NCBI GenBank assembly: GCA_947503335.1
Contig: CANNCY010000002.1
Location: 607,739 to 671,738 of the forward strand
Direction of reading: 5' to 3'
Source: an uncultured Pseudomonadales bacterium
GTDB taxonomy: Bacteria; Pseudomonadota; Gammaproteobacteria; Pseudomonadales; CANNCY01
Length of the DNA: 64,000 nt
In this document: positions 28,764 to 37,186 of the stretch, one piece after another
How positions within the stretch are numbered: the stretch's first letter is position 1
Layout of the letters: the number at the start of each line of letters is the position of its first letter
Position numbers and translations under genes: made by a program
Notes under the pieces: model-generated
The model's input: only the letters and a program-made list of their open reading frames with translations
Databases searched by the model: none
Told to the model about the DNA's origin: nothing

Positions 28764-29944
28764 GTTGCCACCAACCGATTAGTTTGCAAGGCAATCATCA
28801 ATTCTTCGTTGGTAGGTATCACCCATACTTTGGGCGATGCACCGGCAGGCGATACCTGACCTAATGCCTTTCTCGGCAATGTGTCGTTAGCTTCTTCGTC
28901 TATGTGTATACCCAGTACATTTAGGTGGCCCACGGTCTTTGCACGTACCAACGGCGAGTTCTCGCCAATACCCCCTGTAAACACCAACGCATCAATCGTT
29001 GGTAAGCTAACAGCGAGTGACGCAAGTTCTTTGGCCAAGCGAAAACAAAACAGTTCAATTGCTAACTTGGCACCTTCATGCCCTTGCGCTTGAGCCTCTT
29101 CTAACTCGCGCATATCGTTGGTTAGCTCAGATACGCCTAGTAGCCCTGACTCTTTGTTGAGTAAGTTATCAACTTGGTGAGGGCACATGCCCTTATTGGT
29201 TTGTAGGTACAACAAAATGGCTGGGTCTAACGAACCTGATCTGGTGCCCATCATTAGGCCTTCTAACGGCGTCATGCCCATAGAGGTATCGACCGACCTG
29301 CCAGCCTTTACTGCGGTAGCGCTGCAACCGTTACCAAGATGCGCGATCAATATGTTGGCGTCTTTAGCCTGTTGTTGCTGGCTATAGGTTTCGGTGATGT
29401 ATTGATGGCTAGTACCATGAAAGCCGTATTTTCGTATTGCATCGTCACGGTGCAATCGGCGTGGCAACGCATAAAGAAAGGCTCGATCGGTAAGTGTTGA
29501 ATGAAATGCAGTATCAAATATTGCCACATGGGGCACGTTACCAAAGGCGCTCATCGCCGCCGTTATGCCAGTTAAATTGGCAGGGTTATGCAATGGTGCT
29601 AGCCCACTGCACTGCTTTATTTTGTCGATAACATCGTCGTTAATTTTAATTGGAGCGCTGAAAAACTCGCCACCATGCACCACACGATGACCAACAGCCG
29701 ACGGGGTGGGATAGCCGGCGATCAGCTCAATGATTATCTTGACGGCCTGCTGATGGTCGCCATCTGGCATGGCAATGGGCTCCAGCTTTCGTCTAGTTGC
29801 ACCTTCAGTTGCACTAACCGTTGCCAAGGAGTCATTGAGGCGTTCAGCAATGCCATCAATCAGCAACTGCTCTGTTGCCATATCAAACATTGCAAACTTT
29901 AGGCTTGAGCTGCCAGCGTTAAGCACTAAAACCGTATCAGTCAT
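28760..29944 (-). CDS. ackA: acetate kinase
   Basis: It has VLVLNAGSSSLKF at the N-terminus plus HRVVHGG and GFHGTSH motifs. Confidence 0.93.
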   Translation of the reverse strand: MTDTVLVLNAGSSSLKFAMFDMATEQLLIDGIAERLNDSLATVSATEGATRRKLEPIAMPDGDHQQAVKIIIELIAGYPTPSAVGHRVVHGGEFFSAPIKINDDVIDKIKQCSGLAPLHNPANLTGITAAMSAFGNVPHVAIFDTAFHSTLTDRAFLYALPRRLHRDDAIRKYGFHGTSHQYITETYSQQQQAKDANILIAHLGNGCSATAVKAGRSVDTSMGMTPLEGLMMGTRSGSLDPAILLYLQTNKGMCPHQVDNLLNKESGLLGVSELTNDMRELEEAQAQGHEGAKLAIELFCFRLAKELASLAVSLPTIDALVFTGGIGENSPLVRAKTVGHLNVLGIHIDEEANDTLPRKALGQVSPAGASPKVWVIPTNEELMIALQTNRLVAT

Positions 29945-29988
29945 GCGTGGGCTCGTATATTTAACGATTACCCTATTAACGCTAGCTC

Positions 29989-30018
29989 ACAAAACACCAT
30001 ATGTGTACGTCACTATGG
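29989..30018 (-). terminator. weak intrinsic-terminator-like hairpin after the pilin gene
   Basis: On the minus strand: CCATA, a 12-nt loop, TATGG, then TGTTTTGTG. The stem is only 5 bp. Confidence 0.3.
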
Positions 30019-30026
30019 CACAGCTA

Positions 30027-30506
30027 TTAACTGCGACACTCTGCGGGCAATAATGGGTTTTTCACCGTTGTGCGATCAACACCATTGGGTTCTACGCCTG
30101 GCACTGGATCGCCACCACCGCATTGCCATACCAACGGGCTTGTAGGGCTATCGATCACATTAAACGGGCGCATGGTTAGAACCTCGCCATCTAAGCCTGC
30201 TCCTGCTTTGTTGCCAAAGGTTACATGAATTGCGCCGTCTTCTACCTGTACCTGGGTGACGTAATTACCTATGATTTTTGAGGGCATTGGCAGCCCTGCC
30301 TCATCGTTATTAGCCGGTAGCTTCGCCATCTTGTAGTAATAGTCGTCGATGTTTTTCTTCGCATATGTGGCTAAGGTAATCGCTTCTGTCGCCTTAGAGC
30401 GCTGCGTATAATCTTGATATGCGGGCAAGGCCACCGCCGCCAAAATGCCAATAATCGACACTACAACCATTAGTTCGATCAGGGTAAATCCTTTATGCGA
30501 TTTCAT
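30027..30506 (-). CDS. type IVa pilin (PilA/PilE-like)
   Basis: I chose the ATG at 30506. It has a short leader MKSHKG followed by [27 protein letters not shown] (prepilin peptidase site G/F, Glu5) and a C-terminal Cys pair (WQCGGG...PAECRS). Confidence 0.85.
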   Translation of the reverse strand: MKSHKGFTLIELMVVVSIIGILAAVALPAYQDYTQRSKATEAITLATYAKKNIDDYYYKMAKLPANNDEAGLPMPSKIIGNYVTQVQVEDGAIHVTFGNKAGAGLDGEVLTMRPFNVIDSPTSPLVWQCGGGDPVPGVEPNGVDRTTVKNPLLPAECRS

Positions 30507-31162
30507 ATGCCTGTTCCTATAGCAAAAATGAGTGAATACAGGGTTATTGTTAACCACGCGACCATAATTACAGTGGCTACCGTTAAAAGGCGAGTGGCAT
30601 GCGTTCGCTTCACGATATAGCTAGATACATCTTGCTGGTCAGCTGCCGACAAAAGGGCTTTTGCTGCCGGCTCGGGGATGTTGGCTGTCGCGATTAATTT
30701 GTCTAATGCCTTTATAAAGTAACTTGAGTCTGACTGCCTTGGGTCTTTCACTTTGATAAACCGTACAGCAAATACTGCAACAACTAGCTGTATCAATAAA
30801 CCGACCCAAAGGTAAGGTGCTAGCGCCGCCATACCATCTAGCTGCGACACATCAATAAATTCGTTGGGCTGAAGAAAGCTAGGTATCACCTTGGTGATCA
30901 TTACTAGCCCTGTGACTTGCGTTACTGCGGTTAACGCAATTTGATAACCTAACGACTCATCTTTAGTAATTGCGGCTTGGTTAGGCTGATAGCTTTGCGC
31001 AACACCTAACATAGTCTTCGAGTTCGATGCCTCAAGCCGGTTTTTCATCACTGTGGCTCGTTTATCAGCAGGAGATGAAAGTTCTAACTCGCCATATAGC
31101 TTGCTTGAATCACCACCCGTTAGTCGGTCAGACGCCCAAAGATTTAATTGGGTCCAGTTCAT
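30503..31162 (-). CDS. hypothetical membrane protein translationally coupled to the pilin gene
   Basis: A 219-aa ORF with about 3 hydrophobic helices. Its stop overlaps the pilin ATG (ATGA). I recognised no family. Confidence 0.5.
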   Translation of the reverse strand: MNWTQLNLWASDRLTGGDSSKLYGELELSSPADKRATVMKNRLEASNSKTMLGVAQSYQPNQAAITKDESLGYQIALTAVTQVTGLVMITKVIPSFLQPNEFIDVSQLDGMAALAPYLWVGLLIQLVVAVFAVRFIKVKDPRQSDSSYFIKALDKLIATANIPEPAAKALLSAADQQDVSSYIVKRTHATRLLTVATVIMVAWLTITLYSLIFAIGTGI

Positions 31163-31261
31163 TGATCACTCCGTTGAAAATAGCCTAAGCAACAGCATAC
31201 CAGACATAGGGTTTCGGATATAATACGACTAACCTCTACATAACCTATACGGTGCAATATC

Positions 31262-31735
31262 ATGATTAAAATCGGCCAAAACATACCTTCATCGATGCTA
31301 AGTGAGCTAACTAGCGAAGGCATGAGCAACCACAACACCGACGAACTTTTCGCCAACAAGCGCGTTGTACTGTTTGCCGTACCAGGGGCTTTTACACCAA
31401 CATGCTCTAACGCACACTTACCCGGATATATAGCACTAGCTGACCAATTTAACGCTAAAGGTATCGACATGATCGCTTGTGTATCGGTTAATGACGCATT
31501 TGTTATGAAGGCGTGGTGCGACGACCAAGCCGCTGGTGATATCTTGATGCTGGGCGATGGCGACGCAAGTTTTACAAAGGCACTAGGCCTTGAAATGGAT
31601 ACCGCTGGCTTTGGTGGCGTACGCTCGCAGCGTTACGCGATGGTTATTGAGAATGGTGTTGTAACCAACCTATTTATTGAAGAGCCTAAGCAGTTTGAAG
31701 TAAGTAAAGCTGAGTACGTTTTAGAGGCGCTATAA
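31262..31735 (+). CDS. peroxiredoxin, Prx5-type
   Basis: It has the FAVPGAFTPTCS peroxidatic-Cys motif and is 157 aa long. Confidence 0.88.
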   Translation: MIKIGQNIPSSMLSELTSEGMSNHNTDELFANKRVVLFAVPGAFTPTCSNAHLPGYIALADQFNAKGIDMIACVSVNDAFVMKAWCDDQAAGDILMLGDGDASFTKALGLEMDTAGFGGVRSQRYAMVIENGVVTNLFIEEPKQFEVSKAEYVLEAL

Positions 31736-31745
31736 GGTTATAGCT

Positions 31746-32219
31746 CTAACCAAGATCGCGCTCATTATATTTATACATCACATATGCCGTTGCTAAGATA
31801 TACGTGACTAAAAGCACCCATTTTGCTCGATCTAAAAAATCGAGCAAAGTAATATCTGAGTCCATACCTTTGGCATTTGCTTTTATCGCTATAACGATAG
31901 CCATTGCTACTGTTGCGAAGATCGCATTTTTTTGCGACTGTTTAATAGGTGTAACGAATTCTTTCACAACGCACTATTCCCCGTTCCGTAACGCAACCCA
32001 AAAAAACGACGGCGCTGCAATAAAAGTTATAAAAATAGATAAAATCACGTTTAATTGTAGCGAGAGATTCGTAGAGAAAGCGATGAAAGTTACTGTAGTC
32101 AGAAACATGACCGGAAGCATGCAAACCGACAATTTAAACTGATTAAAAGTGCTGTCTTTACAAAGCTTTAGCGTAAGCTGTGGAAGAACTAGCAACGTTA
32201 CAGCTAGAAGAACATCCAT
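31746..32219 (-). pseudogene. 158-codon membrane-protein reading frame interrupted by one in-frame TAG (alternatively two small membrane-protein genes, 31974..32219 and 31746..31967)
   Basis: The 81-aa and 73-aa track ORFs are in the same frame. The minus-strand reading is ...L R N G E TAG C V (GTG)K E F V T P I K Q, so one stop codon (31974..31976) separates them. Together they have about 5 hydrophobic helices, and the region is strongly AT-rich. Confidence 0.4.
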
Positions 32220-32223
32220 AGAT

Positions 32224-32625
32224 TTAGTTAATACAGTTACTTAATCTAATACGTTGCAACGCCAAATCTGAATGTCCATGTACTTTGAATTCATAGTCTA
32301 TTCCAACATTAGCATTTCTCAGAGGCTCGAGCTGATCTACTTCGCAGTAGGATTCTTGCATTCTGCTAAAAACAGCATCCATAATCGCATTCGCTTTAGA
32401 CGCAGTCCTTTCTCCAATATTGACACTCAACACTACATTTCCTTCGCTTGGGTAGACTGACGTAACTATCACATCATCAGCTAAAGTGAGTGGTATCTTC
32501 TTTTCAAATCCTGTGATGAATTTTGATAACTCATCTTCTTCTGGCTCGATGAACGCGAAGACGATATTAGCGCAGCCAACTACAGCAATAATTAGGGCTA
32601 AAATAAAATATTGTTTATTAGACAT
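32224..32625 (-). CDS. hypothetical lipoprotein/secreted protein
   Basis: A 133-aa ORF with a signal-like N-terminus and a lipobox-like LIIAVVGC. It is AT-rich, lies 24 nt downstream of the parE stop, and matches no family I recognise. Confidence 0.5.
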   Translation of the reverse strand: MSNKQYFILALIIAVVGCANIVFAFIEPEEDELSKFITGFEKKIPLTLADDVIVTSVYPSEGNVVLSVNIGERTASKANAIMDAVFSRMQESYCEVDQLEPLRNANVGIDYEFKVHGHSDLALQRIRLSNCIN

Positions 32626-32649
32626 CTCATTTAACTCTGTTCATCAATT

Positions 32650-34542
32650 TTAGAATTGAGCCAAATCGCCAGATTGCTCTAGCCAATTTTTTCTATCACC
32701 ACTTCTCTTTTTACTGAGCAACATATCCATCACCTGCATCGTATCGTCGCCCGCTTCTAGCTGAAGCTGCACTAAACGGCGAGTGTCGGGTGCCATCGTG
32801 GTTTCACGAAGCTGTAGTGGGTTCATCTCGCCCAAACCTTTAAAGCGAGTTACCTGAACTTTGCTGCGCTTATTTTCGGCTTCGAGGCGATCCATGATGC
32901 CTTGGCGTTCGGGTTCGTCTAGTGCGTAAAATACTTCTTTACCACAGTCGATTCGGTAGAGCGGTGGCATAGCAACAAAGATATGGCCTGCTTGCACTAG
33001 GGGTTTAAAGTGGCGCAAGAATAGCGCACACAATAGTGTAGCGATGTGAAGGCCGTCGCTGTCGGCGTCAGCAAGGATACAGATCTTGCCGTAACGCAGG
33101 CCTTCGAGATTGTCTGAACCGGGGTCAACACCAAGGGCCACTGCAATATCGTGTACTTCTTGGCTGGCGAGAATCTCTTGCGAGTCGACTTCCCAGGTAT
33201 TTAGAATCTTACCGCGCAGCGGCATGATGGCCTGAAATTCGCGATCACGGGCCTGCTTGGCAGAACCACCTGCCGAGTCACCCTCTACCAAGAATAATTC
33301 ACCACGCATGGGGTCATCACCGGCGCAGTCGGCGAGTTTGCCGGGCAGTGCTGGGCCTTGGGTTACTTTTTTACGAGCAACTTTTTTAGCAGAGCGTGCG
33401 CGCTTTTGTGCGTTGCTGATACACATTTCTGCGATCGCTTCGCCTTCGGCTGTGTGCTGGTTTAGCCAAAGGCTAAAGGCATCTTTGGCAACGCCGCCAA
33501 CAAAGGCTGCAGCTTCGCGGCTACTTAGTCGTTCTTTGGTTTGGCCGCTAAATTGTGGGTCAGCAAGTTTGCTGCTAAGTACGTAACAGCAGTTACTCCA
33601 GATATCATCAGGGGTTAGTTTTACGCCACGTGGCAGCAAGTTTCTGAACTCGCAAAATTCGCGTAGCGCATCTAGCAGGCCGGTACGCAAACCGTTTACG
33701 TGAGTACCGCCTTGTGCCGTAGGAATCAGGTTAACGTAACTTTCGGTTGTTAGCTCACCGCCTTCGGGCAACCATTGCACTGCCCAATCGACTGCTTCGT
33801 GTTGCGACGTAAAGGTGCCTACGAAAGGCTCTTCGGGTAGGCGTTCCCAACCTTGGGTTGCACCTTTTAAATAATCTTTAAGACCGTCTTCGTAATACCA
33901 CTCTTCTTTTTTGCCACCGTCGGTTTCATCTAAAAAACTAACGCGCAGACCTGGGCACAAAACAGCTTTTGCTCGAAGCAAGTGACGTAAGCGCGCCGCT
34001 GAAAACTTAGGCGTGTCGAAATATTTAGGGTCGGGTTTAAAGCGAACGATAGTACCCGTATTGCGCTTACCGACGGTATCGATTACTTCTAGGTCTTTGC
34101 GCTTTTCGCCGTCTCCAAAGGTGATTCGGTGCAATTTGCCTTCGCGCTTGATATCAACCACTAGTTCTGTAGATAGCGCGTTTACAACACTGATACCTAC
34201 ACCATGTAGACCACCACTAAATTGATAGTTCTTGTTGCTGAACTTACCACCAGCGTGCAGAGTGCTTAGAATTACTTCAACACCAGGCTTGCCCTGCTCA
34301 GGGTGAATATCAACTGGCATACCACGACCATTATCAATGGTGCTAAGTGAGCCGTCTTTGTGTAGCACTACATCTAGCTGATTTGCATGCCCTGCTAACG
34401 CCTCATCAACCGAGTTATCGATAACCTCTTGCGCCAAGTGATTTGGGCGCGCGGTATCGGTATACATACCGGGGCGTTTCTTAACGGGGTCAAGGCCTGT
34501 TAAGACCTCGATATCTTGGGCGTTATAATCGCTCATCTGCAA
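32650..34542 (-). CDS. parE: DNA topoisomerase IV subunit B
   Basis: A 630-aa GHKL + Toprim protein (LEVVDNSVDE-like EVIDNSVDEA, EGDSAGG, PLRGKILN). The conserved parE-yqiA-cpdA-yqiB-nudF/tolC neighbourhood favours ParE over GyrB. Confidence 0.92.
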   Translation of the reverse strand: MQMSDYNAQDIEVLTGLDPVKKRPGMYTDTARPNHLAQEVIDNSVDEALAGHANQLDVVLHKDGSLSTIDNGRGMPVDIHPEQGKPGVEVILSTLHAGGKFSNKNYQFSGGLHGVGISVVNALSTELVVDIKREGKLHRITFGDGEKRKDLEVIDTVGKRNTGTIVRFKPDPKYFDTPKFSAARLRHLLRAKAVLCPGLRVSFLDETDGGKKEEWYYEDGLKDYLKGATQGWERLPEEPFVGTFTSQHEAVDWAVQWLPEGGELTTESYVNLIPTAQGGTHVNGLRTGLLDALREFCEFRNLLPRGVKLTPDDIWSNCCYVLSSKLADPQFSGQTKERLSSREAAAFVGGVAKDAFSLWLNQHTAEGEAIAEMCISNAQKRARSAKKVARKKVTQGPALPGKLADCAGDDPMRGELFLVEGDSAGGSAKQARDREFQAIMPLRGKILNTWEVDSQEILASQEVHDIAVALGVDPGSDNLEGLRYGKICILADADSDGLHIATLLCALFLRHFKPLVQAGHIFVAMPPLYRIDCGKEVFYALDEPERQGIMDRLEAENKRSKVQVTRFKGLGEMNPLQLRETTMAPDTRRLVQLQLEAGDDTMQVMDMLLSKKRSGDRKNWLEQSGDLAQF

Positions 34543-34572
34543 ACTCTAGTTATGGGTATAAAATGCCGAGTA

Positions 34573-35133
34573 CTACTGATACAAGAAGTCGAATACTCGA
34601 TCTATATGGTTTTCGAAGCCTTCAAAGCGATGATTACCGCCTTTCTCTAAATGTAAGTTAGCGCCTGCATACTTGCTAACTGCTTGTTTATAATCGAGAA
34701 CTTCGTCACCTTCTTGCACCATTATCAACATCGAATCGAGCGGTGCAAGAGGCGTTTGATCGATCTGCTTTAAAAAGGCAACTTGGGCATCACCTAAATA
34801 AAAGGTTTCGCCTGTATAGGGATGGGTGTTTTCGCCTCGATACTTTTCGAGTGACTGGTACGGTCTGCAGCTAGGGTTTACTAGCACTGAGCGCGCCCCG
34901 TACTTACCCGCCAGATAGCTGGCATAAAAGCCGCCAAGCGAGCTGCCAAATACAACAAACCCGTCTTGTAAGCGGGCCCAGTCGTCTAACAACTGAATGG
35001 CGAGCTCGACATCACCCGGCAACTGCGGAATATAACACTCAATGCCACGCTCAGCGCAGGCTGCACGAAGCTGACATGACTTTTCTGAATTAGGACTGCT
35101 ATTAAACCCGTGAAGAACTAAAAGAGGTACCAC
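34573..35133 (-). CDS. yqiA: YqiA-family esterase
   Basis: It has LHGFNSSP, GSSLGG and GGNHRF motifs and is collinear with E. coli YqiA. Confidence 0.8.
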   Translation of the reverse strand: MVPLLVLHGFNSSPNSEKSCQLRAACAERGIECYIPQLPGDVELAIQLLDDWARLQDGFVVFGSSLGGFYASYLAGKYGARSVLVNPSCRPYQSLEKYRGENTHPYTGETFYLGDAQVAFLKQIDQTPLAPLDSMLIMVQEGDEVLDYKQAVSKYAGANLHLEKGGNHRFEGFENHIDRVFDFLYQ

Positions 35134-35943
35134 CTACTCGTATCCGTCTGAGCTAAAATCGATATTCAAGTCTTGCTGGGGAATACGGTGCACAGTAGTC
35201 GCCATCGTACTATCAGCGTTTAATCTTATTTCGCGATAGCCCGGCATCTTGTCATCTAGCTTAAACTTTTCTTCGCCCGGCTTAAACTGAAACCCTGTTG
35301 AAGGGCAGCAAAGAATGCGCACACCCATCACTGTTGTGTCTAATGCTTGATGTACATGGCCTGTACAGATAACTGCCGGCTTTAGGTTTTGTGCCTTATG
35401 CTTATGGGCGATATCAATAAGCGCTAAACCATTTGCAATATGCTGAGGGTCGATCCATTGGCACCCAATCGGCATCGGTGGGTGATGCAAAAAGATAATT
35501 AGTGCTTTATCAAGATTGGCTTCGCAGACTCGCTGCAACTGGGCAAGCTGTAATGGATCAATATAACCGTCTACCTCGCCATCAACACTTGAGTTCATGC
35601 CAACGATGACCCAGCCATCAACCACCTGACTGAAAAAGTCATCTTGGGCAAAGCGCTGAGACAACGCCGCGGTATCATCGTGGTTACCCGGTAGCCAGCG
35701 AATATCATCGGCCATTTGGTCAACAGCTGTTTGGGCAAAGTCGTAAGCTGCGGGCTCGCCTTCGCCAGCTACGTCGCCCGTCACTATCATAATGTCGGGG
35801 CGTGGTGAATCTTTGATCTGCTCGATTACTGACATCATGGTGGCGCGGGTATCTACCCCCAACATCAACTTGTCGGGCTCGCCTTCGATATGACAATCGG
35901 TAATCTGTACTATTAATGTCGAGTTGGCGTCAGCTTCTTGCAC
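35134..35943 (-). CDS. cpdA: 3',5'-cyclic-AMP phosphodiesterase
   Basis: It has calcineurin-like metallophosphoesterase motifs (TDCH, GDVAGEG, GNHD, HHPP) in a conserved position. Confidence 0.85.
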   Translation of the reverse strand: MQEADANSTLIVQITDCHIEGEPDKLMLGVDTRATMMSVIEQIKDSPRPDIMIVTGDVAGEGEPAAYDFAQTAVDQMADDIRWLPGNHDDTAALSQRFAQDDFFSQVVDGWVIVGMNSSVDGEVDGYIDPLQLAQLQRVCEANLDKALIIFLHHPPMPIGCQWIDPQHIANGLALIDIAHKHKAQNLKPAVICTGHVHQALDTTVMGVRILCCPSTGFQFKPGEEKFKLDDKMPGYREIRLNADSTMATTVHRIPQQDLNIDFSSDGYE

Positions 35944-35952
35944 AACAACCTC

Positions 35953-36396
35953 TTACTTATTTAATACCGGGTAGGCTGACCTACCTTCGCGCAGACAATA
36001 CGCGAGCCACTCCCCCAAGTGACGATTTAACTGGGCCTTTTCGTCGGGATGGTACATCTCGGCGTTGGGGTACCCATAGCGCGCTCTAAAATGGCGCTGA
36101 CCCTGATAGCTGATTACTTCTGCCATCTGAGCGTCGCGGTATACCCTAACTCGGAACGCCGCAGGCGGCAACCAAGTAAGGGCTAAATCACACTGCCTTA
36201 CATCTAAGACTGTGGTGTAAGGGCTTTGTTCAACAGCGCTAAAGGTAATTTGACGCTGATGATGCAGCGAGCCTACATCGATTGCGTAAGGCGCTTGCAA
36301 CTGCTCTAACTGCGGCAGTAGGCGGCTTAATCGAGCATAGTTCAACTCGCACACCGACTGCATATCTTGCAAGTCTACTTGGTATCGCTTGTTCAT
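35953..36396 (-). CDS. yqiB: DUF1249 protein (YqiB-like)
   Basis: A 147-aa protein whose N-terminus (CELNYARLSRLLP) matches YqiB as I remember it. It overlaps nudF by 4 nt. Confidence 0.75.
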   Translation of the reverse strand: MNKRYQVDLQDMQSVCELNYARLSRLLPQLEQLQAPYAIDVGSLHHQRQITFSAVEQSPYTTVLDVRQCDLALTWLPPAAFRVRVYRDAQMAEVISYQGQRHFRARYGYPNAEMYHPDEKAQLNRHLGEWLAYCLREGRSAYPVLNK

Positions 36397-37016
36397 AATG
36401 TGCGCTGCTTCAAATCATCGCCATACAACTGAACCCACTGAATACCCATAATGGTGGCCGAATTATCGATCACACCTCGTTTACAAGCGTCGAATGCCCA
36501 ATCGGCGTCGATCACGCGAATACGTATGTCTTCGTGCTCTGACTCAAGCCCAGCAAATTGGGCTGCCTTAGAGCTATCAACCAGCGCCGCGTACAGGGTT
36601 ACCTGCTCATCGATACCACCCGGGCTGGGGTAATAACGGGTAATGTAGTAAAGGTCTTGCTCGTCGATATCAATGCCGGTCTCTTCGAAGACCTCGCGCA
36701 CAGCCACCGCTTCGTTTGACTCGCCCTTCTCGCACATGCCTGCAACAACCTCTAATAACCACGGATTGGTACCGCTATACCAAGGCCCAATGCGAAACTG
36801 CTCGATTAATACAAAGGCGTGTTGGGCGAGATCGTACAGCACCACTGCGACCGCGTGGCCTCGCACCATCAATTCGCGCTGAACTGGGCCTGATCGACCG
36901 CCATCAAACCGAGGATGGTCGATCACTATCTTATCTAGCTTAAAGAACCCATCATAAACACGGTCAGATTTAAGAAGCTTGACATCGTCATTAGCAAAAG
37001 GAGGCTTGTACTGCAT
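36393..37016 (-). CDS. nudF: ADP-ribose pyrophosphatase (Nudix)
   Basis: It has a Nudix box (GMCEKGESNEAVAVREVFEETG) and is collinear with E. coli NudF. Confidence 0.85.
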   Translation of the reverse strand: MQYKPPFANDDVKLLKSDRVYDGFFKLDKIVIDHPRFDGGRSGPVQRELMVRGHAVAVVLYDLAQHAFVLIEQFRIGPWYSGTNPWLLEVVAGMCEKGESNEAVAVREVFEETGIDIDEQDLYYITRYYPSPGGIDEQVTLYAALVDSSKAAQFAGLESEHEDIRIRVIDADWAFDACKRGVIDNSATIMGIQWVQLYGDDLKQRTL

Positions 37017-37186
37017 GAGTCACCGATCAATTGTTCGATCAAAGAGTGTAGAGGTATGTGCAAAATGTGTCTATGCTAGAGAGCTGCGGTAAGTTGTGCC
37101 AATTGCACGACTAATGGTTGCAACCGATACTGCTGAATCTGTTACTATAACGCGGTTAATTATAATACTCGAAAGGACGAACCTAT

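Noticed and set aside
31187-31204. Sigma54-like element (minus strand CTGGTATGCTGTTGCTT) upstream of the pilin operon
   Set aside because: The GG-to-GC spacing is 9 nt rather than the strict 10 nt of RpoN promoters, so I do not call it.
31159-31470. 103-aa minus-strand ORF overlapping the peroxiredoxin gene
   Set aside because: It is antisense to a well-supported Prx5-type gene and has no motifs.
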